Of a DNA stretch of 64,000 bases, positions 62,295 to 64,000 are shown piece by piece. The stretch lies in contig QPMI01000491.1 in the NCBI GenBank assembly GCA_004431415.1, positions 62,001 through 126,000 of the forward strand. Direction: 5' to 3'. The notes beneath the pieces are model-generated. The model saw only the letters and a program-made list of their open reading frames with translations, was not told the origin of the DNA and made no database searches. Each line of letters opens with the position of its first letter. Within the stretch, counting starts at the first letter, position 1. This stretch comes from Cyanophora paradoxa CCMP329 (Eukaryota > Plantae > Glaucophyta). Position numbers and translations under genes: made by a program.

Positions 62295-64000
62295 ATGCTG
62301 GCGGGCGTGGTGCGCGAGCCCGGGCGCCCCCGCACGCGCGGCGACCCCCTCACGCGCCGCAGCGCGCGATTGCAGCGGCGAGGTGCCGCTGTGCCGTCTG
62401 GCGGCACGGGGCGGCCGCGCTCTCGACCGGCCCGGCGCCCGAGGCGGCCCCGCCCCGCGCGAGCGGGCCGGCAGGGCCGCTCAGGCGGCATGAACAGACG
62501 AAGCAGATGAAGGTGAACTTCGGGCGACGGCGGCGCGAGGCCGGCATCTCGAGGACGATCGACGAGCTGATGGCGGGGTTCGAGGACGAGGGCGGCGACG
62601 CCGGGACGGCGCCGAAGATGAGCATGGACGAGATGCGCGCGCAGATCGGCAAGTGGGCCGAGGAGGCCGGTGCGCGGGGCCCCGCCGCGGCGCCCCCGGC
62701 GCTCGTGACGGATCGCCGCACGCGCAGATGAGTTCATCGCGGCGGACATAGAGCAGGACGAGCGCGAGTTCGAGCGACGGGAGGCGCTGCGTTCGGGCGA
62801 GCGGGCGCGCGGGCCGCAGGCGCCTGAGGCGACGCCGCCGCTGCACAGGCAGCGCCTGCTCGAGATCTCAATCCTCGGGTCGCCCAACGCCGGCAAGTCC
62901 ACGCTCCTCAACACCCTCGTCGGCACCAAGGCCCGCCCCGCTCCCCTCCGCCCCGAGGCGGCGCTCGAGCCAGCCCCCGCCGAGCCGGCGCCGGCTCACC
63001 GCGCGCGGCGGGGCGCAGGTCTCGATCGTGGCTTCCAAGGCGCAGACGACGCGGGAGCAGGTCCTCGGCGTCCGCGTCGACGGCAACGTCCAGGCGGCGC
63101 GTACCCCCCACACCCCCGCACGCGATTCGCGTACCCCCTCCTGATCCCCCTCCAGGTCTTCTACGACACGCCGGGCATCGTGCGGCCCGAGACGCAGCGC
63201 AAGTGCGCCGGCGGCCTCGCCCCTCGCGGGGGCGCCGCCCGACCGCCCGCGCCCGCGCCCGCGCCCCCGCAGCCTGGCGCGGCCCCTCACGAAGAGCCCG
63301 TGGGAGTCCCTCTGGGAGTCCGACGTCGGTGCCCCGATCCCGTACCCCCGCTCCCTTCCGTCCCGGGCCAGCTGAGCGCTGTACCCCCCAGCGCTGCTGG
63401 TGGTCGACGCGTCCCGCCACCTCGACGCCGGCGTCAAGCACGCGGTTCGAATCCCCGCGGGGCCCCTTCTCCCTCCCTCCCGCTGGGCGGGGCCGGGCGC
63501 GAGGCGGGCGCAGGTGCAGCGCATGGCGAAGGAGGCGGCGGAGCGGCGGGCGGCGGAGGCCGAGCGGCGGGCCCTGCTGGGCGAGGACGAGGAGGGCGGG
63601 GAGGAGGAGGAGGAGGACGAGGAGGAGGAGGAGGAGAGGAGGCCCGACTTCCGCGTCGCCCTCGTCCTCAACAAGGCGCGCGATCGCGTACCCCGGGGCC
63701 CGGGCACCGCGTAGCCCCCGGCCCGGCGACCGACGCGTACCCCCCTCCCCCCCCCCCCCCCACAGGTGGACCAGCTGCGGGACAAGACGAAGCTGCTGGA
63801 CCTCGCCCTGGAGCTGCACGCCCTCGCCGAGCAGGCCGCCGGCCCCGGCACCGCCGCCTCCGGCGCCTTCGTGCGCCCGCGCCCCCCGCGGGTCGAGTCG
63901 CGTACCCCCGCCTTCCCGGGGGGTTAAGCTTCGTTCGCAGTTCGAGGAGACGTTCATGATCAGCGCCCACAACGGCGACGGCGTCGCCGCCATCGAGGCG
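62295..64000 (+). CDS. era: GTPase Era, mitochondrial type (ERAL1-like), 3' truncated by the window edge
   Basis: Basic presequence MLAGV|RAIAAARCRC; G1 ISILGSPNAGKSTLLNTLVGTK|VSIVASKAQTTREQVLG; G3 FYDTPG; G4 LVLNK|VD; G5 FMISA. Confidence 0.93.

Noticed and set aside
63440-63465. GGTTCGAATCC tRNA T-loop/B-box-like motif
   Set aside because: It overlaps an Era splice donor, and no acceptor, D or anticodon arms can be formed.

Overview
Intron-rich, GC-rich nuclear DNA from a eukaryote. It is most likely a glaucophyte alga such as Cyanophora; this is an inference from two MAF...FFG-type plastid transit peptides that lack signal peptides, plus very many introns of about 55-100 nt with CTGAC/CTCAC branch points. 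The unspliced ORF track is mostly misleading here, so genes were rebuilt by hand-splicing and coordinates give whole gene spans. About 15 genes are supported. Three are large, lower-GC secreted or cell-surface genes: a DUF7029/DUF7223-like protein, a 4xLamG+FN3 membrane protein, and a DUF7029/7223-like + cadherin-like + 8xCUB membrane protein. The others are a golgin-like coiled-coil protein, DEK_C-SWIB-SWIB, an EF-hand protein, a TylF methyltransferase, a WGR+PARP-regulatory protein, plastid NusG, DUS2, selenoprotein K, a small unknown, a CCCH-Pumilio, PARP16-like and mitochondrial Era. Two TA-flanked MITEs are also present. Most notable: (1) an apparently plastid-targeted PARP derivative that keeps the WGR and regulatory domains but has no catalytic domain; (2) a SelK with an in-frame UGA and a UUGA-type non-canonical SECIS; (3) about one third of introns in the genes checked use GC donors.
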